A stretch of 64,000 bases of DNA from a bacterium (GTDB taxonomy: Bacteria > UBA8248 > JACPRG01 > G963555815), in NCBI GenBank assembly GCA_965218795.1, contig OZ244653.1, positions 576,001 through 640,000 of the forward strand, given 5' to 3'. Every line of letters starts with the position of its first letter. Positions within the stretch are counted from its first letter, which is position 1. The position numbers were made by a program, and so were the translations under genes. The notes under the pieces were generated by a model. The model was not told the origin of the DNA. It saw only the letters and a list, made by a program, of their open reading frames with translations, and made no database searches. Shown here one piece after another: positions 31,019 through 40,806 of this stretch.

Positions 31019-32929
31019 TCAGGCGGGCTGCTCACTCGGCGGCACGGGAGGAATCTTGCCGGACACAGGCGTTTCCGACGGAGCCTCGGACTCCTCTCCG
31101 CCCTCATCCGGCTCGGTTTCGTCCTTGATCGGCAGTGGGGGCAGTGTATCGCCCCGAATCAGCATGTCTACCTCATTCCCATCAATGGATTCCCTCTCCA
31201 TGAGGGCTTCGGTGATGGCTTCCAGCGCGTCCCGGTTTTCTCGAATGATGGTTTCCGCGCGCTCGTAGCCACCCATGACAATACACTTGATTGCTTCGTC
31301 GATAGACTCGGCGGTTTTCTCGCTGTAGTCTTTGCCCCGCTGGATTTCACGCCCCAGGAAGATCGCCTCGTCCTCTTTGCCGAACGATAGAGGCCCGAGC
31401 TTCTCGCTCATGCCCCATTCGCAGACCATCTTTCGGGCCTGCAGGGTCGCACGCTCAATGTCATTGGCCGCCCCCTGGCTTTCCAGATTGAGGATGAACT
31501 GCTCGGCCGCCCGTCCACCCATGAGGATGGCAATCTCTCCCTGGAGGAAGCCCTTGTCACGGTTATACCGATCCTCGACCGGAAGGGCATGCGTGAGGCC
31601 CAGCGCCATTCCGCGAGGGATGATGGTGACCTTGTGGATCGGGTCGCTCCCTGAGATCAGCTTGGAGACGAGAGCGTGGCCGGCTTCGTGGACCGCGGTC
31701 ACCCGCTTTTCCTCTTCACTGATCACCATGCTCCGCCGCTCTTTGCCCATCATGACTTTGTCTTTGGCGTATTCCAGATCGTTCATGCCGACGAATTTCT
31801 TTCCCTGGCCGGCGGCATATAGCGCCGCTTCATTGACGAGGTTGGCCAGGTCGGCCCCGGAAAATCCAGGAGTTCCCCTGGCCACGATCTGGAGGTCAAC
31901 GTTCTTGGCCGTTGGGACATTCTTACCGTGCACCTTGAGGATGCCGAAGCGTCCTTTGATGTCAGGGCGCGGAACCACCACGCGCCGATCGAACCGACCG
32001 GGACGGAGGAGCGCGGGATCGAGGACGTCCGGGCGGTTGGTGGCGGCAATCAGAATCACGCCTTCGTTGCTTTCAAATCCGTCCATTTCGACCAGGAGTT
32101 GGTTCAGGGTCTGCTCCCGCTCATCGTGCCCGCCGCCCAGACCTGCTCCGCGGTGTCTGCCGACGGCGTCGATCTCATCGATGAAAATAATGCACGGCGC
32201 GTGCTTCTTGCCCTGTTCAAAGAGATCCCGCACCCGAGAGGCTCCGACACCGACGAACATTTCCACAAAATCCGATCCGCTGATGCTGAAAAAGGGGACC
32301 TCGGCCTCGCCCGCAATCGCCCGTGCCAACAGTGTCTTCCCTGTGCCCGGGGCCCCCATCAGCAGAACGCCTTTGGGGATCTTTCCGCCCAGTTTCTGAA
32401 ACTTCTGGGGATCCTTCAGGAATTCAATGATTTCCTGAAGCTCTTCCTTGGCCTCGTCAACGCCGGCCACATCAGCGAAAGTGACTCTGGTCTTCTTATC
32501 CGACATAAGGCGGGCCCGGCTCTTCCCGAAGGAGAGGGCCTTGGTCCCTCCCGTTTGCATCTGACGCATGAAGAAGATCCATACGCCCAGAAGCAAGAGC
32601 ATGGGAAGCCAGGACAGGAGTATGTTGGTGTACCAGGAGCCATGGTCAGGCGGCTCGACACGAATGCTAACCCCTTTTTCCCGCATCAGCGGAACCAGGG
32701 TGTCATCCTTGGGCACATAGGTGCGGAACTGACGACCATCCATGAAGCGCCCTCGAATATTCTCTCCCTGCATCACGACTTCCAGGACGCGCTGTTCCTG
32801 GACCGCACGCACGAATTCACTATATCCGATACTGCTCTCGGTGGCATGGGGTCGGAAGAGCTGGAAGATGGCGATCATGATGAGGCCGATGACCAGCCAA
32901 AGGGCTAGATTTCGGTAGAATTGGTTCAA
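31019..32929 (-). CDS. ftsH: ATP-dependent zinc metalloprotease FtsH
   Basis: Two TM helices, [26 protein letters not shown]. Confidence 0.98.
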   Translation of the reverse strand: MNQFYRNLALWLVIGLIMIAIFQLFRPHATESSIGYSEFVRAVQEQRVLEVVMQGENIRGRFMDGRQFRTYVPKDDTLVPLMREKGVSIRVEPPDHGSWYTNILLSWLPMLLLLGVWIFFMRQMQTGGTKALSFGKSRARLMSDKKTRVTFADVAGVDEAKEELQEIIEFLKDPQKFQKLGGKIPKGVLLMGAPGTGKTLLARAIAGEAEVPFFSISGSDFVEMFVGVGASRVRDLFEQGKKHAPCIIFIDEIDAVGRHRGAGLGGGHDEREQTLNQLLVEMDGFESNEGVILIAATNRPDVLDPALLRPGRFDRRVVVPRPDIKGRFGILKVHGKNVPTAKNVDLQIVARGTPGFSGADLANLVNEAALYAAGQGKKFVGMNDLEYAKDKVMMGKERRSMVISEEEKRVTAVHEAGHALVSKLISGSDPIHKVTIIPRGMALGLTHALPVEDRYNRDKGFLQGEIAILMGGRAAEQFILNLESQGAANDIERATLQARKMVCEWGMSEKLGPLSFGKEDEAIFLGREIQRGKDYSEKTAESIDEAIKCIVMGGYERAETIIRENRDALEAITEALMERESIDGNEVDMLIRGDTLPPLPIKDETEPDEGGEESEAPSETPVSGKIPPVPPSEQPA

Positions 32930-33079
32930 GTCGTTATTCTTCCCCGTCCGACCATCGAGGCCGGCTGCGAAATTGAGAGAGCGCTCGATCAGGCCAAGTC
33001 ATTGCTGAACTCATCGATTCTTTAGATTAGGGTCCAAAGGGTTTCTTTTCAACCTCTATTTTCGCTTGCTTTGTTCCGT

Positions 33080-34585
33080 TCAGGGGCTCGAAGGGGTCAA
33101 AGGAGAGACCTTGAGACGCAAAATTTGTCTGGTTTCGGGGCGAATTTTGAATCGATCGTCAATTCGATGTCCGATGATCCATGCAATTTCCCCGCCAGAT
33201 GTGATCAGCAATGGGACGCGGTCACGAAATCTCCGGGGAATTCGGGCGTCCACCAAGAAATCCTGAACCTTCTTCGATCCCCCAAGCCCAAGAGGATGGA
33301 AGCGGTCACCCGGTCTACGGGAGCGAACGGAGAGCGAGGTTCCCGTCCCATCGGCGTCCAGAATTGCCTCGTCGGACTGACAGGCCACGGAAAGGCTTCC
33401 GTCTCGGGGGGCGAACGAAGATTCAATTCGAATCCCCCAAGAAGGCAACTCCACAACCCCGGGTACGAAGACCTCACACGTATTCATTAGACTTTGGCTG
33501 GTTCCCGAGGGCTCCGGGTTTGCTTTCTGAATAACCAGGCGTGCACCATCCCGAATCGCAACAATCCCGCCCGGTAGGGACAGCCTTTTCTCGCCGCCCA
33601 ATTCAAAAGCGGTTTGCTCCGCCAGTCCAATCATCTTGCTGATCGTCTCGAATTCCGGGGGCGCCGCGTCAAAGTCCTTGAGGATTGCATAGAGTACACG
33701 GCGTTGTAAGGCAATCGGCAGACCCGAAAAGCGGGTGAGATCAATGGCCGGTTCCCCTTCAGCAGAGGAGGCGCGCACGCCGCTCATGGCCCGGGCCGAT
33801 TCGTCCATCAACCATTTCTCTTCCGCCCTCAGGATTTCAGCGGTCTCCCGGATGCGATTCTGGATTCCGGGATTTTCCTGTTCCAACAAGGGGAGGATGT
33901 GATTCCGGACGCGATTTCGCTGGTACTTGTCGGTGTCATTGCTCGGGTCCAGCAGGTATGGAATTCTTTCCTCCTGCAAGAATCCCAGAATCTCCGCGCG
34001 GCGGGTTTCAATCAACGGACGAATGAGTGTCACGGGTTTCGATGATTCTCGGCTATCGAGATTCATGGGCCGTTTCGGTGGAATGCCCGCCAGGCCAGGC
34101 CGTCCTGAGCCACGAATGAGGTTGAGCAGGACGGTTTCTACGAGATCATCCGAGTTGTGTCCGAGAGCCAGTCGATCGGCCTCCAGCTCCCGGGCGGCCT
34201 CAGTAAAAAATGCATACCGAAGTTTACGGGCCGCCATCTGGATGGATCCCCCCCCCTTATCCGCCCATTGCTCTTTGCTGATGGATGAGACCAGGCATTG
34301 AATATTCAGTGATTTGCAATGAGAGCGAACCCAGTCAGCGTCCCGGTCGGCTTCCTCGCCGCGAAGGCCGTGGTGTACGTGAACGGCGGTCAGAGCCTTT
34401 TGGCTCCCATAAAGCCTGTGAAGGGCGTGGAGCAGGGAGATGGAATCAGGTCCACCCGACAGAGCGACCAGGATCCGGTCGTCTGGCTGAAGCAGATCAT
34501 GTTTTCGAATGGTATTTTCGACGGATGAGAGAAAGCGACTCAAAACAGCCTCCCCGGGCCGGCACCCCGAGGTACGCTCACGCAC
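33080..34585 (-). CDS. tilS: tRNA(Ile)-lysidine synthetase
   Basis: SGGPDS, HHGLRG, ARKLRY, RPLI, RNRVR, C-terminal RRPGDRF..KKVQDF. Confidence 0.95.
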   Translation of the reverse strand: MRERTSGCRPGEAVLSRFLSSVENTIRKHDLLQPDDRILVALSGGPDSISLLHALHRLYGSQKALTAVHVHHGLRGEEADRDADWVRSHCKSLNIQCLVSSISKEQWADKGGGSIQMAARKLRYAFFTEAARELEADRLALGHNSDDLVETVLLNLIRGSGRPGLAGIPPKRPMNLDSRESSKPVTLIRPLIETRRAEILGFLQEERIPYLLDPSNDTDKYQRNRVRNHILPLLEQENPGIQNRIRETAEILRAEEKWLMDESARAMSGVRASSAEGEPAIDLTRFSGLPIALQRRVLYAILKDFDAAPPEFETISKMIGLAEQTAFELGGEKRLSLPGGIVAIRDGARLVIQKANPEPSGTSQSLMNTCEVFVPGVVELPSWGIRIESSFAPRDGSLSVACQSDEAILDADGTGTSLSVRSRRPGDRFHPLGLGGSKKVQDFLVDARIPRRFRDRVPLLITSGGEIAWIIGHRIDDRFKIRPETRQILRLKVSPLTPSSP

Positions 34586-34622
34586 AGTCCGAGCAAAGCG
34601 AGAGTCCAGGGAGGAGGAGACA

Positions 34623-34699
34623 TGGTGGCGGTGCAGGGATTTGAACCCCGGACACTGCGGATATGAGCCGCATGCTCTAACCGACTGAGCTACACCGCC
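34623..34699 (-). tRNA. tRNA with CAU anticodon, most likely elongator tRNA-Met
   Basis: GGCGGTGTAGCTCAGTCGGTTAGAGCATGCGG-CTCATAT-CCGCAGTGTCCGGGGTTCAAATCCCTGCACCGCCACCA: full cloverleaf, encoded CCA, G1:C72 paired (not initiator). Confidence 0.95.
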
Positions 34700-34745
34700 T
34701 TAGACGAAAAATCCGCAGACCACCGCCAGGCATCCGCGCAACGCC

Positions 34746-34901
34746 TTAAGGAATGCGCTTCGGCCTGAAGATGGCAAGGGCAAACATGCCGGCCAGGAGA
34801 TAGAGAAACAGCTTGTAGTTGATGTCAGCCACCTTGAGGCCAGCCGCCACGCAAATGTAAGTGACAACGACCAGTATGGCGATTTCGATTTCACGTCTCA
34901 C
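34746..34901 (-). CDS. Small (51 aa) two-helix membrane protein
   Basis: Below the ORF-track cutoff; GTG start with GGAG upstream; MRREIEIAILVVVTYICVAAGLKVADINYKLFLYLLAGMFALAIFRPKRIP. Confidence 0.6.
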   Translation of the reverse strand: MRREIEIAILVVVTYICVAAGLKVADINYKLFLYLLAGMFALAIFRPKRIP

Positions 34902-34998
34902 GCCCGATTTTTCTCCAAATCCTTAATGATTCTATTGTTCGGGCCGGGCTAAAAGACAGACAGGGTGACTGTGAATCTCCCGGTTACACAGCATTGAC

Positions 34999-35026
34999 AT
35001 TATAGGCGTGGCCAGGGAAGAGTCAA
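34999..35026 (-). promoter_or_regulatory. Putative sigma70 promoter heading the small-ORF/tRNA/tilS block
   Basis: TTGACT-16 nt-TATAAT on the minus strand. Confidence 0.6.
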
Positions 35027-35324
35027 GAATACCGAGACAGCCGAAAATCATGATTCAGCGGGTATGAATGCCTCGCTGGTTGATATTCGGCTTGAGTTCA
35101 GGTTATGTATCGAATATCTGGCCTCTTTGCTTCGCTCACCATCCTGGGAGAGATCTTGTTGGGGAAGGCAGAGGAATTCCGACTGCCCCCAGGATGTCGA
35201 TCAAGATGGGTGCATTGACTCCCGTGCGGTTTGAATGCGCGGGTGGATTTCCCATGATGAACACATATCGAGAGGTTGGTTGATACGGCCGGCCGCTACG
35301 CTGGAAGACAAGGAGGTCGCCGCA

Positions 35325-36626
35325 ATGGCCACGGAAGTCACCATGCCCAAATTGGGCCTTACGATGGAGCAGGGCACGGTTCTCACCTGGAAGAAGAAGG
35401 CTGGGGATCTCGTCGGGGAAGGAGAGGTCCTCCTCGTGATCCAGACGGACAAGGTGGAGTTCGACGTTGAGTCTCCGGCTGCCGGTACTCTCCTGAGGCT
35501 CCTGGCGAACGAAGGCGATGTGGTGCCGACGGGCGATGTGATCGCGTACGTCGGGGAGGCGGATGAGAAGCTGGAAAATGCGCCTGCGCCGAGAGTGGGA
35601 GCTGCCGCTGCCGGCCGTGTTGCGGCATCGCCGGTCGCGCGGAATCTGGCGACAGAGTTGGGTGTCGACCTCTCGGCGGTCAAAGGGAGCGGGCCGGGGG
35701 GGCGAATCGTCAAGGAGGACGTACTGAAAGCCGCCGAGGCTCCGTCCGCCGCGCCCGTATCCGCCGACGGTCGGGTCTTCATCTCCCCGCTGGCCAAGCG
35801 GCTCGCCCGCGAGCGAGGAATCGACTACTCGCGAATCAGGGGAAGCGGGCCGAACGGCCGGATCATCAAGAACGATATCCTGCAAGCTGAACAGAAACCG
35901 GAAGCCGCGCCCACGATTGCCACATCACCGGGCGGGATATTGGAGAGCATCCCGGTCCGGGGGATGCGTCAGGTCATTGCCCAGAGAATGGTGCAGAGTT
36001 GGACGTCCATTCCGCATGTCACCGAAGTCATTGACGTGGATGCCACGAAAATCGTGGAGATGCGGGAGGCCCATCAATCCGTTTGGGAAGAGCATTATGG
36101 CGTCAAGATTTCTTACAACGATATTTTTGTGCACCAGATTGCGCGCGCCATCCGTAGATTCCCCAGGGTCAATTCCCGGTTAAACGGCAATGTCATCGAG
36201 ATCCTCGAAGAAGTCAATATCGGTGTTGCGGTTGAAGTGGATGAGGGGCTGATGGTTCCTGTGATCCGGAACGCCGACCGGAAAAACGTGGGACAGATCG
36301 CGGGTGAAATCCGGGATCTCGCCGAAAGGGCGCGGGAGGGACGGATCAATCCCGACGAACTCGCCGGCGGCACGTTTACCATCTCAAATCTCGGAGCGTA
36401 CGGAATTCAGACCTTTACGCCCATCATTGACCTTCCGAACAGTTGCATTCTGGGAATCGGAAAGATTACGAAGACCCCTGTCGTCGTCGATAACGTGGTT
36501 GCGATTCGGGATGTCGTTTATTTGAGCCTGTCCTTCGATCATCGAATTGTTGACGGCGCGCCCGCCGCGCAGTTCCTGGCGTTATTGAAAGAGACGTTGG
36601 AAGATCCGGTTGTCGTACCGTTGTAG
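35325..36626 (+). CDS. Dihydrolipoamide acyltransferase (E2) of a 2-oxoacid/acetoin dehydrogenase complex
   Basis: AGGAGG RBS; lipoyl domain (TDKV), two peripheral subunit-binding domains (GSGPGGRI, GSGPNGRI), catalytic DHRIVDG. Confidence 0.95.
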   Translation: MATEVTMPKLGLTMEQGTVLTWKKKAGDLVGEGEVLLVIQTDKVEFDVESPAAGTLLRLLANEGDVVPTGDVIAYVGEADEKLENAPAPRVGAAAAGRVAASPVARNLATELGVDLSAVKGSGPGGRIVKEDVLKAAEAPSAAPVSADGRVFISPLAKRLARERGIDYSRIRGSGPNGRIIKNDILQAEQKPEAAPTIATSPGGILESIPVRGMRQVIAQRMVQSWTSIPHVTEVIDVDATKIVEMREAHQSVWEEHYGVKISYNDIFVHQIARAIRRFPRVNSRLNGNVIEILEEVNIGVAVEVDEGLMVPVIRNADRKNVGQIAGEIRDLAERAREGRINPDELAGGTFTISNLGAYGIQTFTPIIDLPNSCILGIGKITKTPVVVDNVVAIRDVVYLSLSFDHRIVDGAPAAQFLALLKETLEDPVVVPL

Positions 36627-36852
36627 AGCCTCCTTTTTTTCAGTCCTTGCTACTGAAAGAGTCACTCGATGGCGCAAGGTCTTGTTTTGACGTTGCCTTA
36701 TTATCAAAGATGCCCATTGGATAAGGCACGCTCGAGGTCTCCGGAAGTGTGATGCCAAGGGGCAATCGAACCCGAGTGACGTGCACAGCCATTGAGCTTG
36801 TTTTCTTTCGGCCGTGCTAAACTTGCTTCCTCTCTGCATAGGAGGATCGGCC

Positions 36853-37887
36853 ATGCTCGGGGTGGTCAAGACGACGAGGGGGGAGGGAAACGTTGAAGTG
36901 CGGGAAGTCCCGGAGCCCTCACCCGGTACCGGAGAGGTCAAGATAGCGGTTCGTAACGCGGGCATCTGCGGGACGGATCTCCATATCTACCATGATCATT
37001 TCATGTCGAATCCCCCTGTGGTCATGGGACACGAATTCTGCGGCGAAATTGTTGATGTCGGGCAGGGAGTGACGGGATACGGGCCGGGAGACCGGGTCAC
37101 CTGTGAGACGGCAGCGAGAACCTGTGGGACCTGCCGGTATTGCCGCCGCGGGGATTACAATCTTTGCGACGAGCGATTGGGATTCGGGTACGGCGTGAAC
37201 GGGGCTTTCACGAGCTTTGTCATCGCCCGGCAGCAGCTCCTTCACCGTCTGCCGGATAACGTGGATTTTTTGGCGGGCGCGCTCACCGAACCGCTGGCGT
37301 GCGCCGTCCACGGGGTGATCCACATGACGGGCGTCCAGGCCGGCGATGTGGTGGTGGTGACCGGACCCGGCCCCATCGGGTTGATGGTGGCTCAGGTGGC
37401 CCGCGCGGAAGGGGGCCACGTCGTGATGCTTGGAACGGGGCGTGACCAGGCGCGGCTGAAGATAGCGGAAGGGCTGGGATTCGCGCGTGTCATGAATATC
37501 GATGAGGAGGATGCTGGAGAGTACATCAAGGAATTGACGGACGGCTTTGGAGCGGACGTGGTTTTCGAAGGCGCGGGCGCTCCGGTCGCGGCCAGGCTCC
37601 TTCTTGAGATGGTTCGCAAATCGGGGAAATTCACACAAGTCGGTTTAATGGGGAAGCCCTTCGAGATTGATTGGGAGCGGATAGCTTACAAGGAACTCAA
37701 GGTCACCGGGATGTTCTCCCAAAACTGGCGGGATTGGGAGCGGGCGCTGGCGCTTATCAGCCAGGGGAAAGTGGATGTGGCGGCTCTTGTCTCCAGTCGG
37801 GTTCCCATCACCGAGTGGGAAGCCTCCTTTCAAAAGCTCGAGGCCGCCGAGGAGGTCAAGGTTCTCATGAAACCGGTGGAGGACTGA
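36853..37887 (+). CDS. Zinc-dependent medium-chain alcohol/polyol dehydrogenase
   Basis: GICGTD, GHE, CGTCRYCRRGDYNLC, GPGPIG; GGAGG RBS. Confidence 0.93.
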   Translation: MLGVVKTTRGEGNVEVREVPEPSPGTGEVKIAVRNAGICGTDLHIYHDHFMSNPPVVMGHEFCGEIVDVGQGVTGYGPGDRVTCETAARTCGTCRYCRRGDYNLCDERLGFGYGVNGAFTSFVIARQQLLHRLPDNVDFLAGALTEPLACAVHGVIHMTGVQAGDVVVVTGPGPIGLMVAQVARAEGGHVVMLGTGRDQARLKIAEGLGFARVMNIDEEDAGEYIKELTDGFGADVVFEGAGAPVAARLLLEMVRKSGKFTQVGLMGKPFEIDWERIAYKELKVTGMFSQNWRDWERALALISQGKVDVAALVSSRVPITEWEASFQKLEAAEEVKVLMKPVED

Positions 37888-38005
37888 CTTTCAGACGCTG
37901 TTCAATTCACGCCCGGATTCCGCCCTGCCTTCGATACACGAATCCATCCAGAGCCCAATGACGATGGGGCTCCGGCCATTCATCGGTTAAGGCCGAGATA
38001 CCCGC

Positions 38006-38503
38006 TCACTCATATCGGGGCATGGGTTGCTCCGGCGGGACCACGTGAATCTGCTCGATCAGTTCGGGCGGATGAACGATCGTGTTGTGCAGCGGGCAGT
38101 GGGCCAAGTCCTCGAGAAGTGTCTTTTTCTGGTCTTCGGTCAAATCCCCTTTGATGTAAACGTCAGACACAATCTTGGCGATCATGTTTTTACGGCGTTC
38201 GGGATCCCCATGGTAGTCCTTGTGAAACTTGGGGGTGAGACTCCGCTTGAAGCTCAGGTGAATTTCCACATCATCAATCTGGATCCCTTTGGCCTTCGCT
38301 ACTCCCAGCAGCGTGAGGAGGCTTCACCCGCCGTAGCCGGCCGCAAAAAACTCGAACGGGGTAGCCCCGAGATCATCCCCGCCGCGGACCTCCGGTTCGT
38401 CCAGTACGTAGGAATGTTTCCCGGTGGTCGTGAACATTTGCATCTGCATGCCCCTGCCCGTCGTTCGGACAACGACTTGAGGCTGGCCTCGTTTTTCAGG
38501 CAT
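38006..38503 (-). CDS. OsmC/Ohr-family protein with in-frame UGA (putative selenocysteine, codon 60)
   Basis: Manual translation: ...YVLDEPEVRGGDDLGATPFEFFAAGYGG-TGA-SLLTLLGVAKAKGIQIDDVEIHL...HCPLHNTI. The UGA (38324-38326) occupies the first catalytic Cys site, and both halves are in the same frame with no other lesion. Confidence 0.85.
38292..38323 (-). promoter_or_regulatory. SECIS-like stem-loop directly 3' of the OsmC UGA
   Basis: UGA-A-GCCU-CCUCA-CGCUGCU-GGG-AGUAGCG-A-AGGC: 7-bp upper stem, G-rich apical loop 17 nt from the UGA, 4-bp lower stem. Confidence 0.65.
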
Positions 38504-38667
38504 GTGAGTGACCTTTCTCTCGTTTGGGTTGTCCGGATAGAAGAAAAAGGAAATCGATGCTCATCGGGAGTTGGCCGCCATGCGGAGGCCGTTCAGTCGA
38601 TACGGAGCGGGAGTCAGCAAGTCCTTCGGAGCCGACCGGTAAGCCTCCGAGGCCTCCTTGTTTTTCC

Positions 38668-39784
38668 CTAACGCTGAAAGCGCTTCTCCCCATAGAATTG
38701 AGAGATTTTTCTCCATTTTCCGCTTGGAAATTCGGCGTCCAGTGGGTCAAGGATTTTCAAAGCCGACTTTGGGTTGCGGGCCTGAAGGAGTGCCGTGCCG
38801 TAGAAGAAGAGGGTGTCCTCCCGGACCGTTCCGGTCGCCTCGGACAGGAGCTCTTGGTACAAGGGTAACGCCTTGTGCCAGCGCGCGTGGAGCGTGTAGT
38901 GCCGGGCGCGGGTCAGTTTCCCGCCTGCGGCCTGATCAACTTTGAACCAAAGCCGGCTCCGGAGAAAATAGATGTCCTGGACAAAGGCGGAAAATGCCTT
39001 TCCGAACATTCGGTGATACAAGCCTGTTGTCTTGATGATGCGCCGATGCTTTGGTCGCTGGCCTTCGATAAAGCTGAGTCCGGGACGGCTGGGTCCGATC
39101 GGGCTGATGACGAACGAGCGATACCAATCCAAAAATTGAGCCTGACGGCTTCCGTTGCTGGCTATGCCCGCCAGCTCGAATCCGGCGCGGAAAATGGGAA
39201 GATTGTCGATATGGGAAAAATCCCTTTTGAGTTCGTCACGCGTCAAGCGTCACGCCTCCGCGCTCGGCCCCGGGAAGAATTCCATTAAGCGGATCGACGA
39301 TTATCCAGCGGCCGTTCAGATTCACTTCCGCGATGGTGTGTGGAGAGTTTCCGGTTTTGTCCCGCATCATCGCTATTCGCGCGGACAGCCCCCTCTTTGC
39401 AACCAACTGAATGTGCACGACGGCTATCTGGTTGCAGTAAGCCCTGCCTTCGGCTGCCACGTCCAGTGGGGGGCGGTCGCGCCCGGGGGTATCCGACGGG
39501 ACGTTGAGGCGCCAGTGGAGATAGGTCATCACGCCCGAAACTGTCTGGAGCGGGCCCTTTCCGACAGGGGAAGCCCGATGGGCCATGACCTCATAGGTGA
39601 CATGTGCGTATGCCCGTCTCAGGGTTCCGCCCCCGGTAATGGTCAAATAGAGGGGGAAGGAGAGGATGAGGACAACAAGGAGCACCGGCACCGCGATGAG
39701 GATCCGCCGCCTCCCGCTCCGGCGGGTTTTGACACCGCCTTGCCGGTCAATCCATGAGGTGCTGAGAAGGTTGAAAGCGCTCAA
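38668..39784 (-). pseudogene. Membrane-anchored transglutaminase-like protein with C-terminal TPR-like region, split by a frameshift
   Basis: ORF 39236-39784 has a TM anchor and a Cys-His-Asp triad (AYCNQIA, HTIAEV, WIIVDP). ORF 38668-39246 continues (DELKRD...TPR-like). The junction is a 3x7-nt imperfect repeat at 39233-39253. Confidence 0.65.
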
Positions 39785-39786
39785 TG

Positions 39787-40782
39787 TTACTTCTCGTAAG
39801 GGATTGGCGTCAGGAGAGCTTCGTTTTCCCTCATGTCACGCTCCAGATCTTCAAAAAGCCGGCTTGTGATCGGGCCGGGTCCTCCGTTACCAATCGGATG
39901 TCCGTCGTACTCGACGATGGGAATCACTTTAAAGGTCGTCCCCAGAAACATCATTTCGGCCGCCGTGTAAGCCTGGGTTGGGAGGATGTCGCACTGCTCG
40001 GCGCTGGCTAGGTGCCCTTGCTCGATGAGCGTTCGGGCAATATCCAAGACCCGGGTGAGGGTTGTCCCCTGGAGCGCGTTTCGGAAACAAGGCGTCTTGA
40101 ATTCGTTGTTTGGGGTAACAACGGCTACATTCTTGTTCGACCCTTCCGCCAAACAGCGGTTCTCGTCCAGTGCGACGGCGCTGTTGACACCCCTTCTGGT
40201 CGCTTCCAGTTCCATCAACGCATTCGGCATGTAATTGCAATTTTTCAACTGGGCGGAATCTTCCTTTCGTGCAGGGATGCTGCTGGTGATGACCCGCATT
40301 CCGTGCAGACTGTGAGCGGCGGCAGGGTTCTCCGGGGCGGTGATGACCACGTACAAGTGGCTGAAGTTGCATTCTCCCGGATTGACCGAAAAACCGCCCG
40401 TTCCTCTCGAGATGAAGACCCTGGCGGTTGCCTCCCGGGCCTGACCGACCGCGGCCGTCTCCAAAAGGATGTCACGAATTTCGCTCTCGGACGCCGGAAA
40501 TTCGATGCCCGCAATTCGGGCGGAACGCTCGAGCCGGTCGAGGTGCGCGTCCAGCTGATAGACCCTTCCATGGTGGATGGCCATGGTCTCGAAGACTCCA
40601 TCCCCCCGGTGGACCATGTGATCATCCATAGGAACGGTCATGAGGCGAGGATCTGTGACTATCCCCCCGAAGACGCTTGAATACATCGAGAAGTACCGTC
40701 CGGAGCGCGGATCATCCGGAGACAATCTTCCCTTGAAAAGATCGTGCGCATCCAAATGCGAGAGGTGGCTTCGGGTTTTCAT
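39787..40782 (-). CDS. Class IV PLP aminotransferase (D-amino acid transaminase/ADC lyase-like)
   Basis: DDHMVHRGDGVFET, HLDRLERSA, LKNCNYMPN, EGSNKN, LQGTT. Confidence 0.9.
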   Translation of the reverse strand: MKTRSHLSHLDAHDLFKGRLSPDDPRSGRYFSMYSSVFGGIVTDPRLMTVPMDDHMVHRGDGVFETMAIHHGRVYQLDAHLDRLERSARIAGIEFPASESEIRDILLETAAVGQAREATARVFISRGTGGFSVNPGECNFSHLYVVITAPENPAAAHSLHGMRVITSSIPARKEDSAQLKNCNYMPNALMELEATRRGVNSAVALDENRCLAEGSNKNVAVVTPNNEFKTPCFRNALQGTTLTRVLDIARTLIEQGHLASAEQCDILPTQAYTAAEMMFLGTTFKVIPIVEYDGHPIGNGGPGPITSRLFEDLERDMRENEALLTPIPYEK

Positions 40783-40806
40783 CCCTCGATCCCCCTTTCT
40801 CTTGAA

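Noticed and set aside
31332-32908. Long antisense ORFs over ftsH (and similar ones over xdh, ahcY, mrp, obgE)
   Set aside because: Shadow ORFs expected from GC-rich codon usage opposite well-supported genes.
34623-34699. tRNA as an integration site or island boundary
   Set aside because: No integrase nearby and I found no duplicate of the tRNA 3' end in the window.
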